Of a stretch of 64,000 bases of DNA, positions 19,716-28,819 are shown piece by piece. Position 1 is the first letter of the stretch, and each line of letters starts with the position of its first letter. Source of the stretch: an uncultured Chloroflexia bacterium (GTDB taxonomy: Bacteria; Chloroflexota; Dehalococcoidia; DSTF01; JALHUB01); NCBI GenBank assembly GCA_963703345.1, contig OY969814.1:2048001-2112000 (forward strand). The letters run 5' to 3'. The notes beneath the pieces were generated by a model. That model was not told where the DNA came from. It made no database searches and worked only from the letters and a program-made list of their open reading frames with translations. Made by a program: the position numbers and the translations under genes.

Positions 19716-19820
19716 GGCGCTAGAGGGAAATATCAAATGAAAGGAGGGGTTCTGTCTAGCCGAGCAACCACGAGCCCCGGCGGAACGGGGATTTGAAGGT
19801 TGCCTCTCGGATGAGGCAAT

Positions 19821-19866
19821 CGGTCGCGGTCGGTGATAGGGAGATGCGCCGACCGCGACCATTTTT
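19821..19866 (+). terminator. Intrinsic terminator after the dcw cluster
   Basis: GGTCGCGGTCGGTG...CGCCGACCGCGACC hairpin followed by ATTTTT. Confidence 0.7.
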
Positions 19867-20032
19867 GTCGATGGCGGCCGTCGCGGGCGCGCCGCTGCCT
19901 GCCCGCCTATGGAGGGTTCGCCCCTACGACGTCGCCGAAACGCAGTCGTCCTGGTTATGTTCAGGAGGCAATGAATTCACTTTTCGGGCGGCGGAATCGC
20001 GGAGGCTTGACAGAAGACGGCGCACAACTTGA

Positions 20033-20084
20033 CCACAATATGTTGGGTTTACCTCTTGACAACCGCTATATGTTGTGCCAAAAT
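20033..20084 (+). promoter_or_regulatory. Tandem NrdR boxes overlapping the nrdR-nrdJ promoter
   Basis: CCACAATATGTTGGGT (20033-20048) and CCGCTATATGTTGTGC (20063-20078) fit acaCwAtATaTwGtg; TTGACA at 20056, CAAAAT at 20079. Confidence 0.85.
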
Positions 20085-20090
20085 CCGCCC

Positions 20091-20738
20091 ATGCGGTGCC
20101 CCTACTGTACGTCTCAAGACACAAGGGTGATCGACTCGCGCGAGACGGACGACGGCATACGACGCCGTCGAGAGTGCGCGGCTTGCGGCGAACGCTTCAC
20201 GACTTATGAGCGTCCGCTGGCGACGGGGCTGCTCGTCGTCAAGAAGGACGGCCGCCGCGAGGAGTACACGCGCGAGAAGGTGCTGCTGGGCATCCGCAAG
20301 GCGTGCGAGAAGCGACCGCTGGCGATGGGGACGCTGGAGGCGGTGGTCGACGAGATAGAGGCGGTGCTCAACGAGCAGGGACTAGCCGAGGTGTCGAGTC
20401 GCGACATCGGCGAGATGGTGATGGGGCACCTGCGGCAATTGGACCAGATAGCCTACATTCGCTTCGCCAGCGTCTATCACCAGTTCGCCGATCTCGACGA
20501 CCTGAAGGACGAGGTCGACGCGCTGGAGGCGACGCTGGGGACCGCGGAGGGGACAAGCCAGCCGCCGCTCATACCGGAAGAGGAGTTGCAAGGCCTGGCC
20601 AGGTCGCCGGCCTGGCGGGCCTTTCAATACGGCAAGGGGGCAAAGACTCGTTATCGGCAGAGGCGGGCCGTCTCGGCGGCCGCCGGCGAGGCGAAAGGAA
20701 TCGCTTCGTCGTCCGCTCGACGGGGCGGCCCAAGATAA
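20091..20738 (+). CDS. nrdR: Transcriptional repressor NrdR (with C-terminal extension)
   Basis: MRCPYC..DTRVIDSR..IRRRRECAACGERFTTYE, ATP cone, AYIRFASVY. Confidence 0.97.
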   Translation: MRCPYCTSQDTRVIDSRETDDGIRRRRECAACGERFTTYERPLATGLLVVKKDGRREEYTREKVLLGIRKACEKRPLAMGTLEAVVDEIEAVLNEQGLAEVSSRDIGEMVMGHLRQLDQIAYIRFASVYHQFADLDDLKDEVDALEATLGTAEGTSQPPLIPEEELQGLARSPAWRAFQYGKGAKTRYRQRRAVSAAAGEAKGIASSSARRGGPR

Positions 20739-20766
20739 TCAGGCAAAGGAAACACATCTCACGAAA

Positions 20767-21072
20767 ATGGAGTCGGAATACGGTCGGGACTACGGTCGGG
20801 TGCTGAACGGCGGCGGCGAAGTGCTGGCGACGGGCGCGTTCGAGATCAACAAGGAGCGCTGCGAGATCGTCTTCCGCCCCGTCGTCGATAGCAGCCTGCT
20901 GGACAAAGAGACCGGCCCGCTGATCATGGAGCTGGACGATGGCCGCATGCTGGAGATCGCCGGCAAGTACCTTCGCTTCCGCCTCCACGGGCCCGACGGG
21001 GAGCGCCAGTCAATCTACCGCCTCCGTTACGCTGCGGGGCAGGAGGCCCGCGGCTTCCCCGTCTCTCGCTAG
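20767..21072 (+). CDS. Hypothetical protein (101 aa)
   Basis: ATG-started ORF with genome-like GC3 codon bias, co-oriented between nrdR and nrdJ. Confidence 0.7.
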   Translation: MESEYGRDYGRVLNGGGEVLATGAFEINKERCEIVFRPVVDSSLLDKETGPLIMELDDGRMLEIAGKYLRFRLHGPDGERQSIYRLRYAAGQEARGFPVSR

Positions 21073-21168
21073 AACACTGGCTATAAAGCGCCGCCCGGCG
21101 AGGACGGGACGGCGTCATCCGTCTTTAGGAACCCTCCTCGGTTGATTTTTGGAAAGGAACCAGGGGTC

Positions 21169-23883
21169 ATGACCACGGTCACAGAGGCATCGCCATCAGC
21201 GCCGCGGGCGCACCTGCCGATCAGGCGTCTGTTCACGACGCCCGGTCGCCACCCGTACGACGAGGTGGAATGGGAGACGCGCACCGCGAGTATCGTCGGC
21301 GAGGACGGCAAGGCCGTCTTCGAGCAGCACGACGTGGAGGTGCCGAAGGATTGGTCGCAGCGGGCGACGAACGTGGTCGCCTCGAAGTACTTCCGCGGGC
21401 CCCTGAGCGCCGACGCCGTCGTTCACCACGAGCGCGGCGAGATCAAGCGCGAGCGTAGCGTGCGCGAGCTCATCGACCGCGTCGCCGGCACGATAACGGC
21501 CTGGGGCGTCAAAGACGGCTACTTCGCGGACGGCGACGAGGCGGACAGCTTCGCGGCGGAGCTCGTTCACGTCATCCTCAACCAGAAGGCGACCTTCAAC
21601 AGCCCCGTCTGGTTCAACGTCGGCGTGGAGGAAGCGCCGCAGTGCTCCGCCTGCTTCATCCTCTCCGTCGACGACACGATGGACTCGATCCTCGACTGGT
21701 GCCGGACGGAAGGCATGATCTTCAAGGGCGGCTCGGGCTCCGGCGTCAACCTGTCGCGGTTGCGCTCGTCGCGGGAGCCGCTGTCGACGGGCGGACTCGC
21801 TTCCGGGCCGGTGTCGTTCATGCGCGGCGCCGACGCCATCGCCGGCTCCATCAAGTCGGGCGGAAAGACGCGGCGGGCGGCCAAGATGGTCATCCTCAAC
21901 GCCGACCACCCGGACATCGTCGAGTTCGTCGAATGCAAGGCGAAGGAGGAGCGGAAGGCGTACGCGCTGGGCGAGGCGGGCTACGACCTGTCGCTGGACG
22001 GCGAGGCGTGGACCTCGATCCAATTCCAGAACGCCAACAACTCCGTGCGCGTGACGGATGAGTTCATGCGGGCGGCGACGTCGGATGGGCAGTGGTCTTT
22101 GCGCGCGGTGACTACGGGCGAGACGGTGGAGGCGCTGCCGGCCCGCGACCTGCTGCGCAAGATCGCGGAGGCGGCCTGGCAGTGCGGCGACCCCGGGATG
22201 CAGTTCGACACGACGATCAACGACTGGCACACTTGCCCGGAGAGCGGCCGCATCAACGCCTCGAACCCCTGCTCCGAGTATATGCACCTCGACAACTCCG
22301 CCTGCAATCTGGCGTCGCTCAACCTGATGAAGTTCGTCGATGACGAGGGCGAGTTCGACGTGGAGTCGTTCCGGCAGGCGGTGACGGTAATGATCACGGC
22401 GCAGGAGATCATCGTCGGCAACGCCGGCTACCCGACGGAGCTCATCGGTGAGAACGCCAACAAGTATCGAGCGCTGGGGCTCGGCTACGCCAACCTCGGC
22501 GCGCTGCTCATGTCGCGCGGCCTCCCCTACGATTCGGACGCCGGACGCGCTTATGCCGCCGCGGTCACCGCCCTCATGACCGGCTACGCCTACGCGGCGT
22601 CCGCCCTGCTGGCGGCGCTCAAGGGCCCGTTCGCCGAGTTCGAGCGGAACCGCGCGCCGATGCTCGGCGTCGTCGAAAAGCACCGGAACGCGGTGGAGGG
22701 GATCGATGCGCCGCTGGTGCCGGAACCGCTGCTGGCGGCAGCGACAGCGGCCTGGGAGGAAGCGCTTTCGGCGGGGAGAGAGCACGGCTATCGCAACGCG
22801 CAGGTCAGCGTCCTGGCACCGACGGGCACCATCGCCTTCATGATGGACTGCGACACTACGGGCGTGGAGCCGGACATCGCGCTGGTGAGCTATAAGCGGC
22901 TGGTCGGCGGCGGCATGATCAAGCTGGTGAACCGCACCGTCCCGCTGGCGCTGCGCAAGCTCGGCTACGGGCGCGAGCGGATCCAGGAGATCGTGTCTTA
23001 TGTCGACCAGCAGGGCGTCATCGAAGGGGCGCCGAACCTCTCAGAGGAGCACCTGGCGGTGTTCGACTGCGCGCTCAAGCCGGCGAAGGGAACGCGCTGC
23101 ATTGCGCCGTTGGGGCACGTCCGGATGATGGGAGCAATCCAGCCGTTCATCTCCGGCGCGATCTCGAAGACCGTGAACCTGCCCAACGAATCGACGGCGG
23201 AAGAGGTGATGGAGACGTTCGTGGAAGCGTGGCGCAATGGCGTGAAGGCGATCGCCGTCTACCGCGACGGCTCCAAGCGCACGCAGCCGGTGAGCACGGG
23301 TCGGGAGAGCGCGGGGCCGGTCGCGAAGCCGGTGCGCCGCCGCCTGCCGGACACGCGCCACTCCATCACCCACAAGTTCTCGATAGAGGGGCACGAAGGA
23401 TACATCACCGTCGGGACGTACGAAGACGGCCCGCCGGGGGAGATCTTCATCACGATGGCGAAGGAAGGCAGCACGATCTCCGGCATGATGGACGCCTTCG
23501 CCACGTCGATATCGCTGACGCTGCAGTACGGTGTGCCGCTGAAGGACCTGGTGAACAAGTTCGGGCACATGCGCTTCGAGCCGGCGGGCATGACGCAGAA
23601 CCGCGAGATTCCGGTCGCTCAGTCGGTCGTCGACTACGTGTTCCGCTGGTTGGGCTCGCAGTTCCTGGGCGAGGAGGAGAAGGCGGAGCTGGGCATTCTC
23701 AGCGAGGCGGTGCGGCTGCGACTGGCGGCGGACTACGGGAAGCAAGGAGAGTTCGTCATCAAGTCGAACGGGCACAACGGGCAGGACGACGCGCCGGTGT
23801 GCATGAACTGCGGCTGGATTATGACGCGCAGCGGCACGTGCTATCGCTGCGAGAACTGCGGGAGCACGAGCGGCTGCTCATAA
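21169..23883 (+). CDS. nrdJ: Class II (adenosylcobalamin-dependent) ribonucleotide reductase with C-terminal TSCPD/Zn-ribbon
   Basis: FNSPVWFN, CSACFI, GGKTRRAA, NASNPCSEY, APTGTI, ISKTVN, RRRLPDTR, C-terminal CxxC..CxxC. Confidence 0.95.
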   Translation: MTTVTEASPSAPRAHLPIRRLFTTPGRHPYDEVEWETRTASIVGEDGKAVFEQHDVEVPKDWSQRATNVVASKYFRGPLSADAVVHHERGEIKRERSVRELIDRVAGTITAWGVKDGYFADGDEADSFAAELVHVILNQKATFNSPVWFNVGVEEAPQCSACFILSVDDTMDSILDWCRTEGMIFKGGSGSGVNLSRLRSSREPLSTGGLASGPVSFMRGADAIAGSIKSGGKTRRAAKMVILNADHPDIVEFVECKAKEERKAYALGEAGYDLSLDGEAWTSIQFQNANNSVRVTDEFMRAATSDGQWSLRAVTTGETVEALPARDLLRKIAEAAWQCGDPGMQFDTTINDWHTCPESGRINASNPCSEYMHLDNSACNLASLNLMKFVDDEGEFDVESFRQAVTVMITAQEIIVGNAGYPTELIGENANKYRALGLGYANLGALLMSRGLPYDSDAGRAYAAAVTALMTGYAYAASALLAALKGPFAEFERNRAPMLGVVEKHRNAVEGIDAPLVPEPLLAAATAAWEEALSAGREHGYRNAQVSVLAPTGTIAFMMDCDTTGVEPDIALVSYKRLVGGGMIKLVNRTVPLALRKLGYGRERIQEIVSYVDQQGVIEGAPNLSEEHLAVFDCALKPAKGTRCIAPLGHVRMMGAIQPFISGAISKTVNLPNESTAEEVMETFVEAWRNGVKAIAVYRDGSKRTQPVSTGRESAGPVAKPVRRRLPDTRHSITHKFSIEGHEGYITVGTYEDGPPGEIFITMAKEGSTISGMMDAFATSISLTLQYGVPLKDLVNKFGHMRFEPAGMTQNREIPVAQSVVDYVFRWLGSQFLGEEEKAELGILSEAVRLRLAADYGKQGEFVIKSNGHNGQDDAPVCMNCGWIMTRSGTCYRCENCGSTSGCS

Positions 23884-24065
23884 CGTGTTTGGAAGCTGTC
23901 GGCGGACTCCCCCGCCACCAGCCGCCCGGCAGCGATCAAAGTAGTGGCGTCTCTGTGCAATCAGGGGCGCCACTCATTATTGGCGCGCAACAGAAGTGAT
24001 AAACTGGATCCAGCAAGAATCCGGACTGATGGACCCTGGGTAGAGGACGACCCGGAGGTGCACTC

Positions 24066-26423
24066 ATGGCGACAAAAGCTCACCCCGACTCCGTGCCCCT
24101 CTCCGACAACGCGCGCCTGGTACTCGAGCGGCGCTATCTGGCGAAGGACGAGCACGGGCGTATCGTCGAGACGCCGGACCAGCTCTTCCGACGCGTCGCA
24201 CACAACATCGCCGGCGCCGAAAGCGCGTACGGCGGTGCGCAGCAGGTGGACTTCTGGGAGCAGCGCTTCCACGAGGCGATGACCAGCCTGCGCTTCCTCC
24301 CCAACTCGCCGACGCTGGGGAATGCCGGTCAGCCGCTGCAGCAGCTCGCGGCCTGCTTCGTCCTGCCGGTCGAGGACTCGATGGAGGGCATCTTCGGCGC
24401 GATCTGCAACATGGCGGTGATCCACAAGAGCGGCGGCGGCACCGGCTTTTCGTTCAGTCGATTGCGGCCGGCCGGCGACATGGTGCGCAGCACGGCGGGC
24501 CTGGCGAGCGGGCCGGTATCGTTCATGAAGGTCTTCGACGCGGCGACGGAAGCGATCAAGCAGGGCGGCACGCGTCGCGGCGCCAACATGGCGATCCTCA
24601 ACGTCGAGCACCCGGACGTCGAGGAGTTCATCCGCATCAAGTCGGACATGGTGACGCTGACGAACTTCAACATCTCGGTGGGGGTGAACGAGCGGTTCAT
24701 GGAAGCCGTGGAGCGGGACGAGGAGTTCTCGCTCGTGAACCCGCGCACGCGGCGGCCGGTGGGCAAGCGACGGGCGCGCGCCGTGTTTCGCCTCATCGTC
24801 GAGAACGCCTGGGGGAACGGCGACCCCGGGCTCGTGTTCATCGACCGGGTGAACCGCGACAATCCGACGCTGCGACTCGGACCCATCGAGGCGACGAACC
24901 CCTGCGGCGAGCAGCCGCTGCTGCCATACGAGTCGTGCACGTTGGGCTCGATCAACCTGTCGCGGTTCGTCAAGGAGGGCGCGCGCGAGGTTGATTGGGA
25001 GGCTCTGGCGGCGACGGTGCCGGTCTGCGTGCGCTTCCTGGATGACGTCATCGACGTGAACCACTATCCGATGCCGGAGATAGCCGAGATGACGCTGAAG
25101 ACGCGGAAGATCGGCCTCGGCGTGATGGGCTGGGCCGACCTCCTCTTCCAGCTTCGCATCCCCTACGACTCCGACGAGGCGCTGAAGCTGGGCGAGCATA
25201 TGATGGCGTTCATCCAGGAGAAGGCGGACGCGGCTTCGGCGGAGCTGGCGCGGGAGCGGGGGACGTTCCCGGCATGGGAGGACAGCGTCTACGCGGCAGG
25301 GCGGGAGAGGCGGCCGCTGCGCAACTCGACGCGGACGACGGTGGCGCCGACGGGCACGCTTTCGATAATCGCCGACTGCTCGGGCGGCATTGAGCCGGTC
25401 TTCTCGCTGGCGTTCACGCGACAGCACTTCCTCGACCCGCACCATCCGAAGACGGCGACGAAGCTGACGGAGGTGAACAAGCAGTTCGAGCGCGTCGCGA
25501 AAGAGGAAGGCTTCTATTCGAAGAAGCTCATCGACGCACTCGCCGCCGGGGCGAGTCTCCGCGAGCAGGCGAAGGTGCCCGAGTGGGCAAAGGCGGTCTT
25601 CGTGTCGGCGCACGACGTCGCGCCGGAGTGGCACGTGCGGATGCAGGCGGCGTTCCAGCGCCACACGGACAACGCGGTGAGCAAGACGATCAACTTCCGT
25701 CAGGAGGCGACGCCGGACGACGTGGAGCGGGCGTACCTCCTCGCCTATCACGAGGGGTGCAAGGGGATCACGATCTATCGCGACGGGTCGCGGGAGATGC
25801 AGGTGCTGTCGCACACGACGGCGAAGGGCCCGGAGCAGCAGGAGGCGATAGCAGCGGAGCGGTCGCTGGGAGTGGCGGCGGGCCCGCCGTCGCTGCGGCC
25901 GGGCGAGCCGTACCGGCGCCGGCTGCCGGACCAAAGGGCGTCGCTGACGCACAAGTTCCAGGTGGGCGACCAGGAGGGGTATCTGACGGTCGGCCTGTAC
26001 GACGACGGCAGCCCCGGCGAGGTGTTCGTCACGATCTCGAAAGAGGGGTCGACGATACGGGGGCTGATGGACTCGGTGGCGGTGCTGACGTCGCTGGCGC
26101 TGCAGTACGGCGTGCCGCTGGAGGACCTGGCGCGGAAGTTCGAAGGGACGCGCTTCGAGCCGTACGGGTTCACGAACAATCCCGACCTGCGGCAGGCGAC
26201 GTCGCTGGTGGACTACATCTTCCGCTGGCTGGAGATGCGCTTCGGCGAGGGGAAGAAGGCGCCGCCGGCGAGCGGGTCGGCGCGCAGTCGCAAGAAGGGC
26301 GCCCCTCTGCCGGCGAGCGGGGACATCAGCACGGGGGTGGCGTGTCCGGACTGCGGGTCGCTGCTGGTGTTCGCGGAGGGGTGCCTGGCGTGTCGCTCCT
26401 GCGGGTATGAGCGGTGTGCTTAG
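24066..26423 (+). CDS. nrdJ: Second class II ribonucleotide reductase (different subfamily) with TSCPD/Zn-ribbon
   Basis: FLPNSPTLGNAG, QLAACFV, QGGTRRGANM, ATNPCGEQPL, APTGTLS, AVSKTIN, CPDC..CRSCG. Confidence 0.93.
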   Translation: MATKAHPDSVPLSDNARLVLERRYLAKDEHGRIVETPDQLFRRVAHNIAGAESAYGGAQQVDFWEQRFHEAMTSLRFLPNSPTLGNAGQPLQQLAACFVLPVEDSMEGIFGAICNMAVIHKSGGGTGFSFSRLRPAGDMVRSTAGLASGPVSFMKVFDAATEAIKQGGTRRGANMAILNVEHPDVEEFIRIKSDMVTLTNFNISVGVNERFMEAVERDEEFSLVNPRTRRPVGKRRARAVFRLIVENAWGNGDPGLVFIDRVNRDNPTLRLGPIEATNPCGEQPLLPYESCTLGSINLSRFVKEGAREVDWEALAATVPVCVRFLDDVIDVNHYPMPEIAEMTLKTRKIGLGVMGWADLLFQLRIPYDSDEALKLGEHMMAFIQEKADAASAELARERGTFPAWEDSVYAAGRERRPLRNSTRTTVAPTGTLSIIADCSGGIEPVFSLAFTRQHFLDPHHPKTATKLTEVNKQFERVAKEEGFYSKKLIDALAAGASLREQAKVPEWAKAVFVSAHDVAPEWHVRMQAAFQRHTDNAVSKTINFRQEATPDDVERAYLLAYHEGCKGITIYRDGSREMQVLSHTTAKGPEQQEAIAAERSLGVAAGPPSLRPGEPYRRRLPDQRASLTHKFQVGDQEGYLTVGLYDDGSPGEVFVTISKEGSTIRGLMDSVAVLTSLALQYGVPLEDLARKFEGTRFEPYGFTNNPDLRQATSLVDYIFRWLEMRFGEGKKAPPASGSARSRKKGAPLPASGDISTGVACPDCGSLLVFAEGCLACRSCGYERCA

Positions 26424-26432
26424 CCGGCAATG

Positions 26433-26602
26433 GCGTTCCTGGTTGCGTCCGCCTCCGGCGGACGCGCGAAACCGCGCCGCTATTTGGAAGATCGCCTAAT
26501 GTTACGTCGAAGTTCCATCCGACGTGCGAAACGGCAGTGCAAGGCGCGATGATCGCGTTCTTGTTGCGCTCCTCATCCGCCTGCGGCGGACTCGTCGCGC
26601 CG
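26433..26602 (-). repeat. Dispersed ~170-bp element, homologous over its length to 1667-~1826
   Basis: Reverse complement begins CGGCGCGACGAG-[TCCGCCGCAGGCGGAT]-GAGGAGCGCAACAAGAACGCGATCA and continues with the shared blocks CACTGCCG, ATGGA and TCGACGyAACATkAGGC. Confidence 0.85.
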
Positions 26603-26633
26603 TCCTGCAAAGTGACGTTCTGAAATCGAAAGG

Positions 26634-27326
26634 ATGTCGATGACAGCAGCAAGCGACATCGCCGACAACCTGCGGCGCGTGCAAGAGCGCATCGACGCCG
26701 CCTGCCGGCGCGCCGGACGCTCGCCTGCAGACGTCACCATCGTCGGCGTCAGCAAAGGCTTCCCTGTCGAGGCCGTCGTCGCTGCCTGGCAAGCCGGTCT
26801 GCGCGACGTCGGCGAGAACCGCGTCCAGGAGGCGGCCGCCAAGCTTCCGGCGGCGCTGGCCCGGGGCGCTACCTTCCGCCGACACCTCGTCGGCCACCTT
26901 CAGACCAACAAGGTAAAGACCGCACTCGATCTGTTTGATATAATCCATTCAGTGGACTCGCTGCGCCTCGCGGAGGCCATCAGCAGGACAGCCGGCAAGC
27001 CTGTGCGCGTCCTGCTGGAGGTGAACGTCGCGGCTGAAGAATCGAAGTACGGTCTGAAGCCGGACGACGTGCCACAGGCACTGGAGCGCGTTCGCTCTCT
27101 GCCGAACATCGACGTGGTAGGGCTGATGACGGTCGCGCCGGCGGCAGACGATCCGGAGAGCGCGCGACCGGTCTTCCGGCGACTGCGCGACCTGGCAGAG
27201 GCGCTCCGCCTGGCGGAGCTATCGATGGGGATGAGCGACGACTTCGAGGTCGCGGTGGAAGAGGGCGCGACGATGATAAGGATCGGACGCGCTATCTTTG
27301 GGCCACGGCCCGAGCGGAGTGAATGA
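26634..27326 (+). CDS. yggS: PLP homeostasis protein YggS
   Basis: VSK, GENRVQE, GHLQTNK, HSVDS, LSMGMSDD, IRIGRAIFG. Confidence 0.96.
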   Translation: MSMTAASDIADNLRRVQERIDAACRRAGRSPADVTIVGVSKGFPVEAVVAAWQAGLRDVGENRVQEAAAKLPAALARGATFRRHLVGHLQTNKVKTALDLFDIIHSVDSLRLAEAISRTAGKPVRVLLEVNVAAEESKYGLKPDDVPQALERVRSLPNIDVVGLMTVAPAADDPESARPVFRRLRDLAEALRLAELSMGMSDDFEVAVEEGATMIRIGRAIFGPRPERSE

Positions 27327-28126
27327 TGAAGGTCGGATTCATAGGCGGCGGCAAGATGGCGGAGGCGCTCATAGGCGCCCTTCTCGTCAACGGCGTCTCC
27401 TCGCCGGAGGAGCTCGCGGTCGGCGAGCCGCTGCCCGCCCGGCGGCAGACGCTGGCGGAGGAGTATCGCGTCCAGGTCTCCGCGGACAACCGCAAGGCGA
27501 TAGCGGGCGCTGAGCTCGTCGTCGTCGCCGTCAAGCCGAACCAGTTCAGCGCCGTCGCCGCGAATCTGCAGGGACGGCTCGCCGCCGAGCAGACGGTCGT
27601 TTCGATAATGGCCGGAATCACGCTGCAACGGCTGCGCGAAAGCCTTCGCCACGAGAGCGTGGTGCGGGTGATGCCGAATCCGCCGGCGCAGATCGGCGAG
27701 GGGATGAGCGTATGGATAGCGACGCCGGAGGTTGACGAGGAGGCGCGGCAGAGGGTGCGACAGCTTCTCCAGGCGGCCGGCAAGGAGCTGTACGTCGAAG
27801 AGGAACGGTTCATCGACATGGCGACAGCCGTGTCGGGAAGCGGCGCCGGCTTCGTCTTCCTGCTCATCGAGGCGTTCATCGACGGCGCCGTGCACATCGG
27901 CCTGTCGCGGGACATGGCGCGCGAGCTGGTGGTCCAGACGTTCGGCGGTTCAGCGGCGCTGGTGGACCGCTCCGGCAAGTCGCCCGGCGACCTGCGGGCA
28001 ATGACGACGACGCCCGGCGGGACTACCGCCGAAGGGCTGCTGGTGCTGGAAGAAGCGGGAATCCGCGCCGCCGTAACCGAGGCGCTTATCGCGGCCTTCG
28101 AGAAATCGAAGGCTTTGGGAGGTTGA
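27323..28126 (+). CDS. proC: Pyrroline-5-carboxylate reductase
   Basis: FIGGGKMA, AVKP, RVMPN, TAVSGSG, TPGGTT. Confidence 0.97.
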   Translation: MMKVGFIGGGKMAEALIGALLVNGVSSPEELAVGEPLPARRQTLAEEYRVQVSADNRKAIAGAELVVVAVKPNQFSAVAANLQGRLAAEQTVVSIMAGITLQRLRESLRHESVVRVMPNPPAQIGEGMSVWIATPEVDEEARQRVRQLLQAAGKELYVEEERFIDMATAVSGSGAGFVFLLIEAFIDGAVHIGLSRDMARELVVQTFGGSAALVDRSGKSPGDLRAMTTTPGGTTAEGLLVLEEAGIRAAVTEALIAAFEKSKALGG

Positions 28127-28133
28127 GCAATTC

Positions 28134-28388
28134 ATGCTCTTTGTTAACTTTGTCAGAGTATTCACCGACATCATGATCGCGGCGATATTCATCCGCGCGC
28201 TGCTGTCGTGGGTGACCAACGACCCGCGTAATCCGCTCGTCTCGGCGCTCGACCAGATAACGGAGCCGATCCTGTCGCCGCTGCGCCGCGTAATGCCGAG
28301 AATGGGGATGTTCGACTTCACACCGATGGTCGCCATCTTCATCCTTTTCGCGATCCAGACCATCGTCACCAGCGCTTATTCGGGATAG
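28134..28388 (+). CDS. yggT: YggT family membrane protein
   Basis: ALLSWV, ITEPILSPLRRVMP, FDFTP. Confidence 0.93.
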   Translation: MLFVNFVRVFTDIMIAAIFIRALLSWVTNDPRNPLVSALDQITEPILSPLRRVMPRMGMFDFTPMVAIFILFAIQTIVTSAYSG

Positions 28389-28653
28389 CGGCCGAAAGGC
28401 GGGCCCGCACCTCCTCCTCCGTTAGCCCCCCGACAGCGACGACCTTGTTGCGCTGCGTCTGACCGACGACGAGCGTGAGGCGGCTTTGCGGCACGTCGAG
28501 GGTCCGTGCCAGCAAGCGGAGCAGCGCCTGATTGGCGCGACCTTCGACGGGCGGCGCAGCGACGCGAACGCGCAGCACGCCCTCTTCCCAGCCGACGACC
28601 TGGTCTCGCGATGCCTTCGGCGTCAGTCGGACGGACAGTCGATATTCTGCCAT
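28366..28653 (-). CDS. DUF167/YggU family protein
   Basis: VRLTPKASRD, VAAPPVEGRAN, GQTQRNK. Confidence 0.92.
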   Translation of the reverse strand: MAEYRLSVRLTPKASRDQVVGWEEGVLRVRVAAPPVEGRANQALLRLLARTLDVPQSRLTLVVGQTQRNKVVAVGGLTEEEVRARLSAAIPNKRW

Positions 28654-28699
28654 GCGGCCATGATAGCAGAACGGGCCGGCGTCGCTGGCCAAAGAAAGT

Positions 28700-28713
28700 C
28701 GAACATTTTTTCG
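28700..28713 (+). promoter_or_regulatory. Candidate LexA (GAAC-N4-GTTC type) box upstream of recA
   Basis: CGAACATTTTTTCG, one mismatch from consensus; recA promoter TTGCCG(28733)-N17-TATCAT(28756) follows. Confidence 0.5.
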
Positions 28714-28819
28714 CTTTTCGGGCGATTTTGTCTTGCCGAGGCCCTCAGCAGGTGCTATCATTCCGGAGAATGATTGATTTGAGAAGTTTCCTTAGCTATT
28801 TCAGGCAGGAGGTTGGCGC

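Noticed and set aside
23884-24065. Cobalamin riboswitch between the two B12-dependent RNRs
   Set aside because: Hairpins and a GCCACT are present, but the GGGAA..GGTG.AA.TCC core and B12 box are missing
21196-25952. Long antisense ORFs opposite nrdJ and other genes
   Set aside because: Expected shadow ORFs in high-GC coding DNA; Arg/Pro/Ala-rich with no motifs
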